In this document: in pieces, positions 49,475 through 53,871 of the stretch
Layout: the number at the start of each line of letters is the position of its first letter
How positions within the stretch are numbered: the stretch's first letter is position 1
NCBI RefSeq assembly: GCF_001194135.2
Contig: NC_068987.1
Location: 66,148,701 to 66,202,571 of the forward strand
Origin: Octopus bimaculoides
Taxonomy: Eukaryota
Direction: 5' to 3'
Length of the DNA: 53,871 nt
The notes under the pieces: generated by a model
What the model saw: only the letters and a program-made list of their open reading frames with translations
Told to the model about the DNA's origin: nothing
The model's database searches: none
Position numbers and translations under genes: made by a program

Positions 49475-50882
49475 TGCGGCCATGTTTGGCTTGGAACCAC
49501 AAAATCAAATGTTATTGCGTAGGCCCTATAAGGAGTGCCTAATGCTCAGATTATTTAGTGAAAGTTTCCATCTTTAAGTCAAACTTGTTCTATTTCCAGC
49601 ATTTTACCCGGACAGGTTTGTGATACTTCCATTATCTTTAATACATAAACTACATCTGTCTAAATAAGTTGTAATCTTAACTGATGTTTACATATTCATG
49701 AATCTATTCATAAGTTCAAGCATAGTCTGCTGTAGTTGTTGTTATATTTGTGATTTAACACCAGGTTAATGTTGACACTGATTTCAAGGGTGAATATTTT
49801 GTTGCTTCTTTCAAACACTAGATATCGAAAGCTCCATGTAAAATGTTATTCTTATTTATAAAAATGAATAGCTGTAATGCGAGTAACATATAACTGGTAT
49901 TTCTAGTGCAAAAGTATGTGATACGAAAGTATTTATAGGTTTTGTGTCCAGTCGTAGAATCTGAGAATTTTTGTAATTGACAGCTGTCTGTATTTGTTGT
50001 GTACAAATTCCTTAAGGCTGTTAATAAGATATTCCGTTATGAAGCATCTACAGAGCTGGTGTCATGGCCCGATGACTTGATATCAGTTAGCATTTGTCTG
50101 TGTTGCGAAATTCCTTGAATATTTCTCGTATAGCGTAGTGATGACACATGTCAAAACCAGCCAGAAGGAGAATATTGCATCAAGGGATTTAAAGCTCGTC
50201 GACACTACACTACTTTACTATAAAATGTAATGCATTATGTAATGATTCTACATGATGCATTAATCAGCGCTAATAAGAAGGGATGTCAAATTGGCAATGC
50301 CTCAACATACTCTTGTTTACAAAGCAATTTTGGAATTGATGCCCAACTCGAGTAGCTGCACATAAATTATGACCTCTTAACCTGTCAAAATCTGCAAAAT
50401 TAATTTACTGTTATAAAAAAAAAAAGACGTTAAATGTTATAAAAGAAAACAAGACAAGCGCATTATGTGGTGTTGTGATACCTGGACATTGAAGCAAGAA
50501 TTGATATTCACACTGCACTGCTTTTCCTTACAGGTTTGTTTAATGATAGTGGATCTTAGGATGTACAACAGTAACGCATTTTTTGTGTCGACATATGTTC
50601 ACTTAGCCAGCAAAGAGTACTAAGAATACTTCGTTAAAAAGTACCCTATCGCCTTTATTATATAATGCTTCAACAAAGATGACATGAACGCATTTCCTTA
50701 TCGCTCAGATGATGGTGAACTAGAATAGTACTATATATAAATACGAATACAACGCTCAGCACGGACTCGAACATATTGACCGTGGACAAATGAATGGCAA
50801 ACGTGCTGCGTCCAAGAGAAGCGAACTGAAGTTTAGATTAGGGAGAGACAAGAAAGAAACGGTACCTGCAGACAACTGCGAA

Positions 50883-50883
50883 A

Positions 50884-50952
<69 letters not shown>
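50883..50952. repeat. (ATCT)n microsatellite
   Basis: Seen directly. Confidence 0.95.
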
Positions 50953-50953
<1 letters not shown>

Positions 50954-51699
50954 TTTGCAAGCTAGCTATCGTTTTCGTTATCTTTCCATTTATATTTATG
51001 TCTTCTTTATATTCATCAAATATTTATCATTGTAATAGCATAAACAAATAAAATAAAATACAACCGAACTTAGATAAAAAAAATCTTTATCACTGTCCTT
51101 TTCTTGTGAACGTTATTTATTTGCCTTCTAACGTTCTCAAGCAATACACCTAATATATTTTTCCCGATGGGATACTGGAAATCATTAAAATAAAAGATTA
51201 AAAAATAAATCAACAAATCGGTTTCGTTCGCTAAAAATTATATATAATGCCAATACAGGCGAATTTCCTTCTATGGAACTTTTTAGAAACATTATTTCAA
51301 TATATAATATTCTGAAAATTATTCTGTTCGGGGTTCAAGATAATGAGTGTGAGTAAGCGAAAAAGTATGCAGAGATCTCCGGTTATATAAATGGTATTAA
51401 AACCCGAATACAACAAGTTTAGGGCTACGCAACCAAAAGTACTTGTGCGATATTTACATATGGCGTTTATAGTAACTGGCGCTGAACATGTTATTCATGT
51501 TGTTGTCGCCGTTGATGTTCTTGTTGAGTCTATTGTTTAACCCAAGGTCAAAGAATTAATTGAGAAACGTGATCAAATGCTGAAGCTATAACAATACTAT
51601 GAAATCGAAACCAGTACCTTTTGTTTGGGCTGCACATATATGCATACATGTATTCACACATACGTGCGTGTATGCATATATATGTGTGTACATATACAT

Positions 51700-51810
51700 T
51701 ATTCAGTGTTCGATTTGTACTTATCGATCCCGAAAACATGAAATGCAAATTTGAGCTTGTCGGAATTTGAATTCAGCAGTCAAACCGTGCTACCATTTCA
51801 GCCAACTCCC
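51700..51810 (-). mobile_element. Decayed SINE, 21206 family
   Basis: GTACTTATCGATCCCGAAAACATGAAATGCAAA...CGGAATTTGAA. Confidence 0.6.
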
Positions 51811-52138
51811 AATGTTGCGCGCGCACATACATAATACATGCCTGCACGAAATAGCCATTTATGTATCACACCTAGTGCATATACACTGTTGACAGGGAGG
51901 TTGCTGCGGGTTTTTTCTCGAGATAAAATCTCTTTTGGACGTATGGTACTGAACAACAAAAACATTCGAATCCACTGCATATATAAATATGTATTTTTTC
52001 AAATGCAACAAGTCCATAAAAGCTTTGATCTCGGACGAAAACCGCCGTAACGCATCTATAAATGGTGACTGTACATTCACTGTGATACGTAGAATGCTAT
52101 TGTAATTAAATTCTGCGCCCACGTACTCAGAATGTTGG

Positions 52139-52280
52139 TAGGAAGCTGTCTCCGCAATGTCTGGAAGCTGTCCCGTAATGTCTGGAAGCTGTACCTGCAA
52201 TCCCTGGAAGCAGTCCCCGCAATGTCGGGAAGGTATCCCTGTAATATCTGGAAGCTGTCCTCGCAATTACAGGAGGCTGC
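52139..52280. repeat. 22 bp minisatellite, about 6.5 units
   Basis: Unit consensus CTGGAAGCTGTCCCCGCAATGT, with units starting at 52139, 52161, 52182, 52204, 52226, 52248 and 52270. Confidence 0.9.
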
Positions 52281-52699
52281 GATGTGATACATCTAGCAAC
52301 ATAGATTATAGTACTTAATGTCACATATGGTAGCATTGGTAATGTGTTCGTTGTAGATTAGTCGTCACAAGTTCGTTATTCGGTGGACGATCACAAGAAA
52401 ATCGACACATTAGCGGTAACAGCCTTTCCGTGAGGGTAACCCGGTTTGGTGCTGAAGGATGAAAAAATTAATGGTGCTAGGTTAAACAATCGAAGCTATA
52501 TTGTCAGTGTTGATGAGCTTGTAATCTACATGGGAATCATGGGTTAAATTCCTTGACCTTGTGTATGGAGCAGCCAGGATTATGTTGATATACCTGGATT
52601 ACAGGATGTTAGTGACTTGAAGTTTATTAACAGGGTGGTGAGTCTAGTTGTTGATGGATACAGCATTTCGGCATGCCAACGCACATATATAGGAGCGCC

Positions 52700-52730
<31 letters not shown>

Positions 52731-53315
52731 GTTTTAAATTTTAATACTGCGGACTACAATGTAATGATCCCAGGAATACGGACAGTGATCTTAAAAGTCA
52801 TAATATATATATAGTTCAAATTTATTTCAAAAAAAGACGAAGACGATGTGTTGGAACAACAAGCAAGTGTACTGGTTTCACGCTCGGGAAAAATGGATAC
52901 GTCTTTTACGTTTCGGAAGAAAGGAATAAGAAGAAATAATTAGCGGATGAAAATATATATATACATATATAAGGATTTACTTTTTGTAATGAGATAAAAA
53001 AACCAAGGCTGTGTAANNNNNNNNNNNNNNNNNNNNNNNNNNNNNNNNNNNNNNNNNNNNNNNNNNNNNNNNNNNNNNNNNNNNNNNNNNNNNNNNNNNN
53101 NNNNNNNNNNNNNNNNNNNNNNNNNNNNNNNNNNNNNNNNNNNNNNNNNNNNNNNNNNNNNNNNNNNNNNNNNNNNNNNNNNNNNNNNNNNNNNNNNNNN
53201 NNNNNNNNNNNNNNNNNNNNNNNNNNNNNNNNNNNNNNNNATACACGTATAAATGCATATATGTATATAAATATATACATATATTGTATATATTTTATAT
53301 ATATATACGTGTATG

Positions 53316-53350
<35 letters not shown>

Positions 53351-53365
53351 ATATATATACATATA

Positions 53366-53664
53366 TAAGGATTTACTTTTTGTAATGAGATAAAAAAACC
53401 AAGGCTGTGTAAATTATAGAACATTTATAAATGCAGGGTACCATTCTGCCTCGACAATGGATTTACAAATACGATATCCCTGCATTCACTCTCTATTTCC
53501 TATCTTATCTAAATTAACTATTGCTTAACCATCCTCTCACAGCGTCTCCGATGAAGGGATATAATAAATATCCTGGAAGTAGCTGTAAGACCTTGTATTT
53601 ATAAATGTTCTATAATTTATACAGCCTTGGTGTTTTTCATCTCATTACGAAAAGTAAAGCCTTA
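53366..53664. repeat. ~74 bp inverted repeats enclosing a decayed hammerhead-like motif
   Basis: 53366-53439 is the reverse complement of 53590-53664 (about 85-90% by eye). The motif is at 53544-53591. Confidence 0.85.
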
Positions 53665-53819
53665 AATTCAGAAGCTGATATATGACCTACGTTGGACCCC
53701 TTATTTGCAAAATCACCGAACTTGCAGCTTAATCATGGTCTCTCCATACCACTTACTCAGCATTACCTAAAACCTCTGCATCTTATTTACACCACTATCG
53801 CTTATTATCTCTCTATATA

Positions 53820-53871
<52 letters not shown>

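Noticed and set aside
52139-52280. CRISPR-like array
   Set aside because: Units are directly tandem with no unique spacers, there are no cas genes, and the context is eukaryotic.
52953-53412. Identical ~62 bp copies either side of the 53017-53240 gap
   Set aside because: 100% identity across a gap next to (TA)n is most simply overlapping contig ends, not a real tandem duplication.

Overview
AT-rich animal non-coding DNA from a fragmented draft assembly: 14 N-gaps totalling about 6.5 kb, most of them bordered by (TA)n, (CA)n or (AAT)n. I found no intact host gene, rRNA, true tRNA or CRISPR array. The window is mostly decayed transposable elements: several tRNA-derived SINE families, R4/Dong-like and HERO-like RLE non-LTR retrotransposons, Tx1/L1-like 3' ends, Penelope-like elements (PLE; RT and GIY-YIG remnants), mariner remnants and many microsatellites. 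The repeat families look like those I remember from octopus genomes, but that taxon call is an unverified inference. The main signal is a set of unrelated repeats that carry minimal type-I hammerhead-ribozyme-like motifs (CUGANGA, stem II, GAAAC, a palindromic stem III, GUH). One of these repeats is a tRNA-headed SINE present in three near-complete copies plus one short tail fragment. Several of them sit in a '3' ends facing outward' inverted architecture. In two unrelated families (49.0-49.5 kb and 53.4-53.7 kb) the inverted arm begins at, or within about 2 nt of, the predicted self-cleavage site. All structures, alignments and translations were done by eye, and family names rest on remembered motifs rather than database searches.
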